Below are positions 10,329 through 19,882 of a stretch of 64,000 nucleotides of DNA, piece by piece. A model generated the notes under the pieces. It searched no databases, was not told the DNA's origin, and saw only the letters and a program-made list of their open reading frames with translations. The position numbers and the translations under genes are program-made. The stretch is from a virus, in the IMG/VR virus record IMGVR_UViG_3300008113_000014, positions 44,864 through 108,863 of that record. One strand, written 5' to 3'. Position 1 is the stretch's first letter. Every line of letters starts with the position of its first letter.

Positions 10329-10901
10329 ATGAGAAGAGATAAGAAGGTTTGGATTGGAATCCTTGCACTACTTGGGTTGGTTGCTCCTTTGAGTAATTCA
10401 GCCAATGCTTTAAATACCGAAAATAATCTAAGTAAAACAGAAGTTCTTGCTATGCCAACCGCCAAAGCGGTTTTTTTGCTTTCTAAGCCTAAAAGTCTGG
10501 TAGCAGTAAAAAAAGACTTAAACGTTCTGCACAAGTATCAAGATGCCATTAGTCTGACAGATCGTCAACTAAAGGAACTTCTTCATGCCGTTGGTTTCCG
10601 TGGAGAGGGCCTTGTAAAAGCTTGGGCGGTAGCTAAGAAAGAATCTAATGGTCGTCCAATGGCTTTTAATGGTAATGAAAAGACTGGGGACAATTCTTAT
10701 GGTATATTCCAGATAAATATGATTGGAATGCTAAAGGATGGTCGCAAAGAAAAGTTTGGCATTAACTTTAACAGTGAATTGTTAAACCCTGTTATTAATG
10801 CACAGGTTGCCTATCATATGAGTAATGGTGGTAAAGATTGGTCTGCTTGGCATGGAATAACGCCAAAGACTAAGGTTTGGATGAAGAAGTTTCCTATTTA
10901 A
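10329..10901 (+). CDS. Secreted lytic transglycosylase (SLT/lysozyme-like)
   Basis: Signal peptide; AVAKKESNG catalytic Glu, SYGIFQIN, LLNPVINA, WSAW; promoter TTGCTT-N18-TATACT and AGGAGG RBS. Confidence 0.85.
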   Translation: MRRDKKVWIGILALLGLVAPLSNSANALNTENNLSKTEVLAMPTAKAVFLLSKPKSLVAVKKDLNVLHKYQDAISLTDRQLKELLHAVGFRGEGLVKAWAVAKKESNGRPMAFNGNEKTGDNSYGIFQINMIGMLKDGRKEKFGINFNSELLNPVINAQVAYHMSNGGKDWSAWHGITPKTKVWMKKFPI

Positions 10902-11485
10902 AAAGGAAGATCTTTATTTAACGTTACTGGGTATTCGTCATTACCCCTCATAAAGATAGTTGAAAAATATCTTGTAGTATCATTTAGGACTGGTAATGAG
11001 CCATGCAGTATTTCTCCTCCGTGAATAAGGGCAGATCCTGCTTTTGGTTTAATTGTTATTCCTAATTCTGGATAGTCAATCTCTCCACCAAGATAGTCAT
11101 TATTATAGTAAATTACGATGCCGTATCCAAGATAATACCCTTGTGGGGTTGTGTCATTATCACGATGCTGACCAATTGCTTCTTCCTCTTTAAATCTAGA
11201 TATTTTTATTTCTTTTTCACAGTAATAATATGATGGGAATATGTAATCAACTTTATCAAAAATAGCAGTCTTGCAAAATTCATTATTTTCACCAAGGAAT
11301 AAGCTTTTGCCATACCAAAAATCATTCTCATCACCAATATAGTTTTTGTCATGCCATTGATCTTCAGTTGCTTGATTAATAATAGCCAAAATTGACTCTA
11401 GCTCTAAAGAATCTAAAAAGTTTTCAATTTCATAAACATCTTCAGCAAGTTTGTTAATTTTAAAATTATACATAGGGCTAACCAA
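10898..11485 (-). CDS. 2OG-Fe(II) oxygenase (prolyl-4-hydroxylase-like)
   Basis: HRD...YYNNDYLGGEI...KPKAG...HG...R. Confidence 0.88.
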   Translation of the reverse strand: MVSPMYNFKINKLAEDVYEIENFLDSLELESILAIINQATEDQWHDKNYIGDENDFWYGKSLFLGENNEFCKTAIFDKVDYIFPSYYYCEKEIKISRFKEEEAIGQHRDNDTTPQGYYLGYGIVIYYNNDYLGGEIDYPELGITIKPKAGSALIHGGEILHGSLPVLNDTTRYFSTIFMRGNDEYPVTLNKDLPF

Positions 11486-12146
11486 ATTTACTACTATTAA
11501 TATGATTTAGCTCAATATGATTAATGTTAACATGGCTTGGTAGATCAGATACCCAGCGAATGCACTCTGCCATATCCTCAGCGGTAATAGCACTATCACG
11601 TCTTTCTTCTTGTGTATCAATTGTGCCTGGACAAATTTCAGTTATTTTAATACCATATTGAGGAAATTCTAGCCTCATTGTATCTACCAATGCCATCTGA
11701 CCTCTTTTAGCATTAATGTAATTGCCTCCAGAACGGTACGGAACCTTACCACCCAATGAGCTAACAAAAATAATGGTTGGGTTAGTGGACTTTTCCATTG
11801 CTGGTACAAATAACTGAGAAATATACATTGGCCCTGTTACATTAATATCATATGCAATTCTAAAGTTTGCTGGTGTTTCATTAATAATCATTGTTGGACT
11901 AGATCCACCACCTGCATTATTAACTAGCAAGTCTAAAGTGATGTCTTTATATTTTTCAGCAAATAGTTTTATTTGGTCAGAGTCTGTAACATCTATCTGA
12001 TAAATTTCAACATTGTCTGAAACAAGGTCTAACATTTTAGAGATATTTCTTGATGCTGCGATTACCTTGTATCCACTTTTTTCAAGAAGCTTTACGGTTG
12101 CTCTTCCAACACCCTTGCTTGCTCCAGTAACTATTGCTGTTTTCAA
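11478..12146 (-). CDS. Short-chain dehydrogenase/reductase (YdfG-like)
   Basis: TGASKGVG, NNAG, YINAK (YxxxK), PGTIDT. Confidence 0.92.
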   Translation of the reverse strand: MKTAIVTGASKGVGRATVKLLEKSGYKVIAASRNISKMLDLVSDNVEIYQIDVTDSDQIKLFAEKYKDITLDLLVNNAGGGSSPTMIINETPANFRIAYDINVTGPMYISQLFVPAMEKSTNPTIIFVSSLGGKVPYRSGGNYINAKRGQMALVDTMRLEFPQYGIKITEICPGTIDTQEERRDSAITAEDMAECIRWVSDLPSHVNINHIELNHINSSKFG

Positions 12147-12878
12147 TTACATGCTCTGACTAGAATTAAGGCTCATGTGGTTATGAATCCAGTGACCAGG
12201 AACCATAAACTTATACCCAGACTTAACTACGTGTGCTGTGTGAAAGTATGGAGCGTATGCTGGAAATATAACAACGCTATTTGCTTTAGGTTTTAAACCA
12301 AAATCAATAGATTTATCAGCAACTGCAACATCATAGTCTAAGTCTACTGCTGGAGCACCTCTTACCCATCCATCAGAACTTGTCCATCCTCCATCATAAT
12401 CTTTTAGCTGGAAAGAGATTTCTCCACCCTCACAGTCATCATTGAGGTACATGACTAAAGAATATCTTAGGGTTTGGTCTCCATCTAATTGATCAAAGTG
12501 TGCCCCCATGCCCATTCCAGTATTATATTTTTTTATATTAAAGGTTGGAAAAAGCCTTGGCTCATCAAAATCCCCCAAAGAAGATGCGTAGTCTTTGCAA
12601 ACATTGTACATCGTAGTCATAATAGCGTCATATATATATTTACTTTTTTCTGCTACTTCTCCACTAAGGTTGTTTATTGCGTTTACGTCAAATGTTTTTG
12701 TTTCTCCATAAATAAAAGTTTTGTCGTTAGAAGATGTCCAAGGGTTCCAAACATTTACACCTAACTCACTGTATTGCTCAAGAGTATCTAGATCTTTCCA
12801 AACCTTTTTAAAGGTATCAAAATCTTCTATTGCATCAGTATAGTAATAAGTTTTTGGATCTAGTTTTTCTACGTTCAC
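12147..12878 (-). CDS. 2OG-Fe(II) oxygenase
   Basis: HFD...YLNDDCEGGEI...H...K. Confidence 0.88.
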   Translation of the reverse strand: MNVEKLDPKTYYYTDAIEDFDTFKKVWKDLDTLEQYSELGVNVWNPWTSSNDKTFIYGETKTFDVNAINNLSGEVAEKSKYIYDAIMTTMYNVCKDYASSLGDFDEPRLFPTFNIKKYNTGMGMGAHFDQLDGDQTLRYSLVMYLNDDCEGGEISFQLKDYDGGWTSSDGWVRGAPAVDLDYDVAVADKSIDFGLKPKANSVVIFPAYAPYFHTAHVVKSGYKFMVPGHWIHNHMSLNSSQSM

Positions 12879-12887
12879 CTGTTCTCC

Positions 12888-13547
12888 TTAGTATTTGTTG
12901 TTTTCATAGTGGTTTTTTTCTTTAATAAATCCTACTATAACATATCTTATTGGTCCTTCTCCAACATGCTTTACTCCATGCTCGTGCTTATTGTCCCCTG
13001 GAAAAAACAACAAGTCTTTTGGCTTTGGTCTTAATGATATTCCAAGATTTGGAAAGAACAGCTCTCCTTCTACATAGTCATCATTTATATATATAATTGT
13101 TGCATATTTTATTGATGGGTCTGTATGCTGATCTGTATGAGATTTTAGTTCAACTCCTTTTTGCATTCTTTGAATTGTTGCTAATCCACTTAACATTAAT
13201 AAAGGATCTGAATCATCAACCATTGTTGATAATCTTTTATAAAAAACTTGCTGCTCTTTATGATGCTTTATGTTTAAATTTTTATCTGCCCAGTTTTGTG
13301 TGATTTCAAATTTTCCTTCAGCAACAAGGTTGTCTACATCATCTCTTCCAAACTTTTCCATACAAAATCTAGCAAGATTTGTTGTATATTCTATTTCCCA
13401 GTCTGCTTGTGATGCATTATCTATGCATTTTAAAACAAAGTCTAGATCTTCATTTGTAAAAAAATCTTTAATCCAAAGAATTTCATCTGTAACTTCTTCA
13501 AATACAAAATTATTTTCTTTAAGTTTTTCTTTAAACTTTTCAAGCAT
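12888..13547 (-). CDS. 2OG-Fe(II) oxygenase
   Basis: HTD...YINDDYVEGEL...HGV...R; likely start MLEKF with GAGG RBS. Confidence 0.88.
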   Translation of the reverse strand: MLEKFKEKLKENNFVFEEVTDEILWIKDFFTNEDLDFVLKCIDNASQADWEIEYTTNLARFCMEKFGRDDVDNLVAEGKFEITQNWADKNLNIKHHKEQQVFYKRLSTMVDDSDPLLMLSGLATIQRMQKGVELKSHTDQHTDPSIKYATIIYINDDYVEGELFFPNLGISLRPKPKDLLFFPGDNKHEHGVKHVGEGPIRYVIVGFIKEKNHYENNKY

Positions 13548-14295
13548 TTGGCACCTCATTAGAGTTATACTTATTTCCGTCCTTGTCTAGCTTCCAGCCT
13601 TGCTTAAGCAATTCTTGCCATTCTGCTCTTTCAATTTCTTGTTTTGCTCTAGTTTCTTTCATTTCTGCAGCCCAGGCATCTCTTAATTCTTGTGGGTATG
13701 CATCTTCTTCTCTGTCGTCCCAAAAAGAACCAATTGTATATCTAACTCCCTTAGTAATAAGGCTTACCTCGTGCATGTTATTAAATCCACCATCAAAAGC
13801 AGCAAGCATTCCAACTTTAGGTTGTAGACTTATCTCTTGATCTGGGAACTGTAACATTCCACCATCAAAGTCATCGTTCAAATATAAGAATGCTGCATAT
13901 CTACTTCTTGTAAATGCACCAGAGTGTCCGTGTTCGTCTGTGTTGTCAGAGTGTTTTCTTGCATACGCTCCTGGCTCCCACTTTTGTGTGTGATAACCAA
14001 TTTGAGAAATTATTTTTGGATCAAGGTCGTGAACGCTTGCAACTGCATCAATAATTCCTTGTTTTATTTGTGAAAATATGTCACTTGGCAATCCTTCATT
14101 CTTTACATGCTCGTCGTCATCTTGTGGTAAAACAGAAGAGTATGATTCATAAAAAGATATAGGCATCCAGGTAATCAATTCAAGTTCTGCATGCTTGTCT
14201 AAAACTTTTACAAGTTTAGCAGCAGTTTCTGAATCAATAAAGTTTTCATAAACAACAATGTCTTTTGTTATTCTAGTTTTATTGGTTAAGTTCAT
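13540..14295 (-). CDS. 2OG-Fe(II) oxygenase
   Basis: HSD...YLNDDFDGG...HEV...GVRY. Confidence 0.88.
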   Translation of the reverse strand: MNLTNKTRITKDIVVYENFIDSETAAKLVKVLDKHAELELITWMPISFYESYSSVLPQDDDEHVKNEGLPSDIFSQIKQGIIDAVASVHDLDPKIISQIGYHTQKWEPGAYARKHSDNTDEHGHSGAFTRSRYAAFLYLNDDFDGGMLQFPDQEISLQPKVGMLAAFDGGFNNMHEVSLITKGVRYTIGSFWDDREEDAYPQELRDAWAAEMKETRAKQEIERAEWQELLKQGWKLDKDGNKYNSNEVPNA

Positions 14296-15164
14296 TTTAT
14301 TCTCACAGCTCCCTCTATCTCATTTCTTTGTGGGTTGTCTATTCTAAACTGCTCGTTCAGCTTTGGTTGCATGCTAGACCAAACATCTTTTCCAAATTCT
14401 TTTTCTTTCTCATACCATTCATCTGTTCCTTTTTGATATTTTTGCCAATACATTCTTGCTAAAAATTTGTTTTTGTTATAAGACGGCATAACCCCATGTA
14501 AGTATGGTTTGTCATCCTCTGTTAAGTAATCTGGGTGTCCTGATGGAAAAACTAAAAGATCTCCAGCTTCTGGCTTGTACTTAACAAGTTTGTCTCCCAT
14601 AGCAAAGTCAATTTCTCCACCTTCATAGTCATCATTAAAATAAATTGTACATGTTATTATAAACTTATATCCTGGAGCAGATCCTTGCTCTCTCATATAG
14701 TCTGAATGATATCTCATTCCATGTTGTTCTTCTTCGTTGCTGATATGATACTTTCCTATTGTTCCACCTGTCCATCTCCAGGTTGGAATAAGATCGCCTG
14801 ATTCGTCTATGGACAATGACTCTAAATCTACATCAATGTTATATTTTTTAATATAGTCTTCTGTAACTAAATGAAAGTTTTTCATCATTTCTATACCAAA
14901 TTGTTTTTGGTTTTCTTCAATTTCTGTTTTTGTTTCAATGCTTTCTAAACCTCCATCTTTATAATCCATAGAAAAAGAAGGTGTCATTGGATTTAAATAT
15001 TCTCCAAAAATAGACCACTTTGTCCAAGGATTAAAAAGTCTATCTTCTGACTCTATTAAAGAATCTGTTAAAACCTTATAAGATTTTGAAATATCTTTAA
15101 ACATGTTTTTATAAACAAGAATATGTGGATATATCTCTACAGATTCAAGAGCTGGAGTAGTCAT
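14292..15164 (-). CDS. 2OG-Fe(II) oxygenase
   Basis: HSD...YFNDDYEGGEI...KPEAGDLLVFPS...HGV. Confidence 0.88.
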   Translation of the reverse strand: MTTPALESVEIYPHILVYKNMFKDISKSYKVLTDSLIESEDRLFNPWTKWSIFGEYLNPMTPSFSMDYKDGGLESIETKTEIEENQKQFGIEMMKNFHLVTEDYIKKYNIDVDLESLSIDESGDLIPTWRWTGGTIGKYHISNEEEQHGMRYHSDYMREQGSAPGYKFIITCTIYFNDDYEGGEIDFAMGDKLVKYKPEAGDLLVFPSGHPDYLTEDDKPYLHGVMPSYNKNKFLARMYWQKYQKGTDEWYEKEKEFGKDVWSSMQPKLNEQFRIDNPQRNEIEGAVRIK

Positions 15165-15839
15165 TTATGGTTTCCTGTCTCCAGTGTGCTCTGTAATTTC
15201 CCAGAAAAATGGGCATGTAAATCTTAATCCACTCTTTATCTCAGTCACTCCGTGAATATAGTTTTTGTCTCCTGGGAAGAAGTAAGCTGCACCTTTTTTT
15301 GGTTTAAACTGTACACCTTGTAGTGGGAAATACAGTTCTCCTCCCTCATAGTCTTCATTTAAATAGAACAAACTAGATAAATCATAATTAGGAAAATCGT
15401 TTGGAAGTCCAGCGTCTGGGCCATCGTGAAGTTCTTTGTCTGCGTGAGGTTTTTGAAATTGTCCTGGAAGCCACTTTACTATAGTGGTACCTGTAGGGAT
15501 AACCTTTACTTTGTAAAACTCTTCTACTATTGGTTGTAGTCTTTGAAATAGTCCAGCAATGACTGGGGAAATGTTTGGATCGTTTTTATCTAGGCTTGGT
15601 TGAGTTGCTACTCTATCTTTCCAATAATCAGAATCATAAACAACCGTTCCATTTTCATTAACATGACTTTGTGTTACATCCCAAATTGTCAAAGATTTTG
15701 CAGATTTTTCTAAAAACTCTATTTCTTCTTGAGTCATAAAGTTTTCTAGCTCAACGATCATGTCTTTGCTATCACCAAACCAGCCAGATGGTGTGAGTGA
15801 AGCCTTTCTAACTACAACAGAAGCATCCATTTTATCCAT
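15165..15839 (-). CDS. 2OG-Fe(II) oxygenase
   Basis: HAD...YLNEDYEGGEL...HGV...GLRF. Confidence 0.9.
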   Translation of the reverse strand: MDKMDASVVVRKASLTPSGWFGDSKDMIVELENFMTQEEIEFLEKSAKSLTIWDVTQSHVNENGTVVYDSDYWKDRVATQPSLDKNDPNISPVIAGLFQRLQPIVEEFYKVKVIPTGTTIVKWLPGQFQKPHADKELHDGPDAGLPNDFPNYDLSSLFYLNEDYEGGELYFPLQGVQFKPKKGAAYFFPGDKNYIHGVTEIKSGLRFTCPFFWEITEHTGDRKP

Positions 15840-15841
15840 AA

Positions 15842-16570
15842 TTAGATTATACCATTTCCCTTGTTTGATGTATTATCAGTAACAGAAAGACGTAAAACCT
15901 TAGTTTCGTGAGAACCCGTACTTTCACCTTTTTCATTTACTGCATCTCTATACCAGTCAGTCCATTGTCCAGACTTGTTGATTTCTTGTGCAGCTTCACC
16001 ATACGACTGATGAGCCATCTGCCTTTTTCTATCTACATCTGAATAATCAATTATTTGAATTGATGTATTGTCCATTGCCGTCAAAGAAATTGGAATTATT
16101 GTAGCAATTGGGGTTCCTGCTTTTATAGTAATTTCCTTGTTTGCAGATCTTGCTTTAATTGCTAATGGAAAACCAGTATCAAGCCAAGATGTAGATATTA
16201 AAGATGACATTGTTTCAAAATCATCATTAAAGTAATTAACTGGATTAATTGTAAGCATGCTAACGTTTTGCTCAGATCTAAAAGTTAGGCCAGTATGTAG
16301 GCTAACTGTAGACTGCCCTCTTCCAGTATATGTAAAGTCTGAACCTTCTAGTATAGTTACATTCTCTGAACTTGTATCATTTATACCGTTCCAAATAAAC
16401 TTAATGTCTTCAGTACATGAAAGACTCCAGCCAACCATATTCGCTTGTGTAACTGGAAAACATCTATAGGCATGCTTTTCTGGAGTTACATCCATCCAAT
16501 CTCTTTTAATTGACATTGGAGAAAGTATGATTTTTGAATCTGGAAATCTTTCAGCTGATATATTAAGCAT
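15842..16570 (-). CDS. DUF6065-like protein
   Basis: RDWMD...HAYRCFPVTQANMVGW...GTPIATIIP pattern typical of this oxygenase-associated family. Confidence 0.65.
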   Translation of the reverse strand: MLNISAERFPDSKIILSPMSIKRDWMDVTPEKHAYRCFPVTQANMVGWSLSCTEDIKFIWNGINDTSSENVTILEGSDFTYTGRGQSTVSLHTGLTFRSEQNVSMLTINPVNYFNDDFETMSSLISTSWLDTGFPLAIKARSANKEITIKAGTPIATIIPISLTAMDNTSIQIIDYSDVDRKRQMAHQSYGEAAQEINKSGQWTDWYRDAVNEKGESTGSHETKVLRLSVTDNTSNKGNGII

Positions 16571-17226
16571 TAGTCTTTGTCTACCATATACATTTCGTTA
16601 GTGTGAAACTTTTTGTTATAATCAAGCATTGTTACAATAGAATACTTTGTTCCTGAAATAACTGGCATTGCACGATGAGGATACATGAAGTTTGATGGAA
16701 AAATAAATAAATCTCCTGCATCTGCCTTAATGTCTAGGTTCTGGAGTCTAAAGAAAAGTGAACCGCCTTCATAGTCATCATTTGGGTATGCAACAAGTGA
16801 CACTGTGCAGTTATAAGAAAAACCATGATCATGGTGTTCTTGAAAGTGTTGTCCTGGTCCATATTTAATAAAATTAAAAGCTTCCCAATACTTTAAATCC
16901 ATTATGTTGTAGTCTTTTCTGTAATCATCAACACATGGAGACTTAACATCATATAGATCTTGCCAAAGCTCTTGTAGTTTTATTGAGTCTGGTGTTTTGT
17001 TTTGTTCAATATCAGTTTTCTTATACTTAAAATCTACACAGTCTCTGTAGTCTGGAATTAGCTGCTGGTATCCAACATATGCTGGTTGCCAAGTAAATTG
17101 TTCTTTTGAACCTAGTGGCTTTACAACAGATTCAATTCTGTTTATCACATCAATATCTTTATTAATGACACCTTTATAGCATACAATACCATTACCATAG
17201 TTAACCTTTTCTGTCCAAGTTTGCAT
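16570..17226 (-). CDS. 2OG-Fe(II) oxygenase
   Basis: HHD...NDDYEGG...FPSNFMYPH...GTKYS. Confidence 0.9.
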   Translation of the reverse strand: MQTWTEKVNYGNGIVCYKGVINKDIDVINRIESVVKPLGSKEQFTWQPAYVGYQQLIPDYRDCVDFKYKKTDIEQNKTPDSIKLQELWQDLYDVKSPCVDDYRKDYNIMDLKYWEAFNFIKYGPGQHFQEHHDHGFSYNCTVSLVAYPNDDYEGGSLFFRLQNLDIKADAGDLFIFPSNFMYPHRAMPVISGTKYSIVTMLDYNKKFHTNEMYMVDKD

Positions 17227-17234
17227 TTTTCTCC

Positions 17235-18011
17235 CTATTTATATTCTCTTCTAGACCAAACTTTATTTTTATAAATACCGCCGTCTGGTTGGCGATAAAA
17301 ATTTGCATTGGCTATCATTTTAGCATATATCTTTTCTTGATTTTGAAACTCTATCTCATGGCTCCAGTTTTCTCTTTTAAATGGTAAAATTTGGACATAT
17401 GGAGTCCCTGCTGGTATTGTTCCTTCCCAGCCTTCTGCAATAAAAAATGGAAAGGTACCAAGCAGGTGAACACTGTCATTATCAACAACACCAGTTGTAT
17501 TAATAAATGGAAGATCAAATCTATTCATAGGTGTCATAAATAATGCACTATATCCTTCTGGAAGTTCAAATCCCCAATCTGGATACCAGGCAAAATGATC
17601 TTTGTAAAATCCTTTTGGGTGCTCAAACTGTGGCATAGCAAGTCTTTTTCCACAAAAATCTTGATGTCTTTTATCTTCTATCTTAACATCTATTGATCCT
17701 GTCTCAGTTTTAAAAAAAGTAAGGTCACAAGGAGTTCTTAATACATATCCTGTTGAAAACCCATCCATAATTGCTGGACAAGCTTTCCATGTAGGTATTT
17801 TTCCATAGTCATCTGTAGTTCCTTCTTTTGGAAAAGGACAAACTTCTTTTGGTGCTTTGTAGTATTCACCAGTTGGCATTTTTGCAAATCTGTCGGCATC
17901 TTTATACCATTGTGGTATTTCAGACTGTGTTGTTTTAGGCACTGATTTACTATCCTTGTTTAACCAAGGCCTAAAAGATCTAAAGATTACTAAATTATCT
18001 TTTAGACTCAT
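17235..18011 (-). CDS. DUF6065-related protein
   Basis: PQWYK...TWKACPAIMD...GYVL...GVVDND...GTPYVQILPFKRE. Confidence 0.55.
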   Translation of the reverse strand: MSLKDNLVIFRSFRPWLNKDSKSVPKTTQSEIPQWYKDADRFAKMPTGEYYKAPKEVCPFPKEGTTDDYGKIPTWKACPAIMDGFSTGYVLRTPCDLTFFKTETGSIDVKIEDKRHQDFCGKRLAMPQFEHPKGFYKDHFAWYPDWGFELPEGYSALFMTPMNRFDLPFINTTGVVDNDSVHLLGTFPFFIAEGWEGTIPAGTPYVQILPFKRENWSHEIEFQNQEKIYAKMIANANFYRQPDGGIYKNKVWSRREYK

Positions 18012-18723
18012 GATGATGCCCTAATAAATTAATATCTGTCATAATTACAACACAATATTTTGTTCCAGATATCATTGGAAGAGATGCATGTTCATATATA
18101 TAGTTTGATGGGAAAATTGCTATGTCTCCAACTTTTGGTGTTAGTGTGTATCCATCTAATCTTGGAAATTTAATTTCTCCACCTTCGTAGTCGTCATTTA
18201 TATATATAACTGCAGAAACTGTAGTATTGTATGCTGGTCCATGGTCGGCATGAATATTAAAGTGCTTACCCTGTCCCTCATACTTTACAAAATTAAAAGC
18301 TTCATAGTATATAACATTTATTCCCCAATATTTTGCATAGTCATCTATGCATAGTTTTAATTTTTGATAAATCTCTTCGTGTAAATCAATTAGTTCACCA
18401 TTAAACTCATCTCGTGGACCAAGATTTTCTTGCTTATATCTAAAATCTACAGCATCTCTTGCTTTTTTTATTGGTGTAGTAGCATTGGTTACTTGTGCTT
18501 CTGACCACTTATACTTTCTACCATTAGACAAATTGGACTCAAGAATATTGATGTATCTTTTAGAGTCCTCCAAAGAAAACGTATTTCTGTATATATTTAA
18601 TCCAAGTCCTGGATTTTCTATTACAATATTTTTTTCAGATATATCTCTATTAACCCTATTTGATACAGTCTCAGATCTATCTTTAGTAAACCATGGGTTT
18701 TCATTTTCATCATAAGTGTTCAT
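17995..18723 (-). CDS. 2OG-Fe(II) oxygenase
   Basis: HAD...YINDDYEGGEI...FPSNYIYEH...GTKY; own promoter TTTACA...TATAAT and GGGGG RBS. Confidence 0.9.
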   Translation of the reverse strand: MNTYDENENPWFTKDRSETVSNRVNRDISEKNIVIENPGLGLNIYRNTFSLEDSKRYINILESNLSNGRKYKWSEAQVTNATTPIKKARDAVDFRYKQENLGPRDEFNGELIDLHEEIYQKLKLCIDDYAKYWGINVIYYEAFNFVKYEGQGKHFNIHADHGPAYNTTVSAVIYINDDYEGGEIKFPRLDGYTLTPKVGDIAIFPSNYIYEHASLPMISGTKYCVVIMTDINLLGHHHESKR

Positions 18724-18876
18724 CTTTATCCCCTTTTTATTTATTATACACTACCTTTATCTTTTTGTAAACAAAAACAACCCTTGTTGCAAGTATTTTG
18801 CAAGACATGAATGATAGCACTCATAAAACACAAAAGGCCAAACAATGTTGGCCAATTGTATTACTTCTTTTTTATT

Positions 18877-19842
18877 TTACTGTACACCTGGAAGTGTAAA
18901 GTATGGGAAGTAAGGGTTATTTGCAGGGAAGTATGGGAAGTACGGTGGGAAGAATGGGAAGTAAGGGAAGTAAGGGAAGAATGGAGGGAAGAATGGGAAG
19001 AACGGGAAGTAAGGGAAGAAAGGTGGGAAGAACGGGAAGTATGGGAAGAACGGGAAGAAAGGTGGGAAGAACGGGAAGAATGGGAAGAACGGAAAGAAAG
19101 GTGGGAAAAATGGTGGGAAGAATGGGAAGAACGGTGGGAAGAACGGTGGGAAGAACGGAGGAAAGAACGGTGGGAAGAAAGGTGGGAAAAACGGAAAGAA
19201 TGGGAAAAATGGCGGAAAGAATGGACCGAATGTAGAAACAACAGAATTAGATGGTTGTGATGCTGCAGATGTTCCATTTGCATTTACTGCGGTAACGGTA
19301 TAAGTATAAGTTCCAGCAGCAATTTCTGTAATAGTAATTGGTGAAGCAGAACCAGTTGCAGTACGTCCAGATGAAGATGTTACAGTGTGGAATGGTGAAA
19401 TTAAAGCTGAGTTTCCAGTATTTGGACTTGTAAATATAACAGATACTACACCAGATGTTCCACCAGATGCAGATCCAATAGTTGGAGCGTTTGGCTTTGA
19501 TGTTGGAACAACGGCTGCTGAGGCAGCAGATGCTGGTGATGATCCTATTGCATTTCTTGCAGTGACTGTAAAGGTATAATTTGCTGGAGTGCCAGTAGTT
19601 GACATTCCTGTAACAACTATTGGCGAAGATGCGCCAGTGGCTGTAAATCCACCAGCATTAGATGTGACTGTGTAATCAATGATTGGCATCTTGCCATCAA
19701 AAGCTGGTGGTGTAAATGCTACTGATACCTGTCCGCTACTATATGTCCGACCTGAGCCTTGAACAGTAACTGCACCAATAGTAGGAGCTTGTGGGACTGA
19801 TCTTTTTGAAGATTCGGTGGTACCATTATTAATTTGGCTCAT
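18877..19842 (-). CDS. Protein with two fibronectin type III domains and a C-terminal Pro/Phe/Tyr repeat tail
   Basis: PxAPTIG...F.PP...Y.V...YTFTVTARNAIG twice; then about 30 P(P)FF/PYF units. Confidence 0.85.
   Translation of the reverse strand: MSQINNGTTESSKRSVPQAPTIGAVTVQGSGRTYSSGQVSVAFTPPAFDGKMPIIDYTVTSNAGGFTATGASSPIVVTGMSTTGTPANYTFTVTARNAIGSSPASAASAAVVPTSKPNAPTIGSASGGTSGVVSVIFTSPNTGNSALISPFHTVTSSSGRTATGSASPITITEIAAGTYTYTVTAVNANGTSAASQPSNSVVSTFGPFFPPFFPFFPFFPPFFPPFFPPFFPPFFPPFFPFFPPFFPPFFPFFPFFPFFPPFFPFFPYFPFFPPFFPYFPFFPFFPPFFPYFPYFPFFPPYFPYFPANNPYFPYFTLPGVQ
18890..19225 (-). repeat. Coding tandem repeat of 9/12-nt units (PFF, PPFF, PYF)
   Basis: Plus strand gggaagaa(c/t/a)/ggtgggaagaa units with synonymous codon variation. 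Confidence 0.9.
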
Positions 19843-19882
19843 AGCAGTAATTGTACCATAAGATTATACACTTTTTGATATT

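Noticed and set aside
18890-19225. Possible CRISPR array or microsatellite
   Set aside because: No unique spacers; units are in-frame codon repeats
18811-19283. Arg/Glu/Trp-rich, His/Ser-rich and Gly/Arg-rich ORFs overlapping the repeat
   Set aside because: Alternative-frame shadows of the PFF repeat; only the 18877-19842 frame is continuous with FN3 domains and explains the third-position variation
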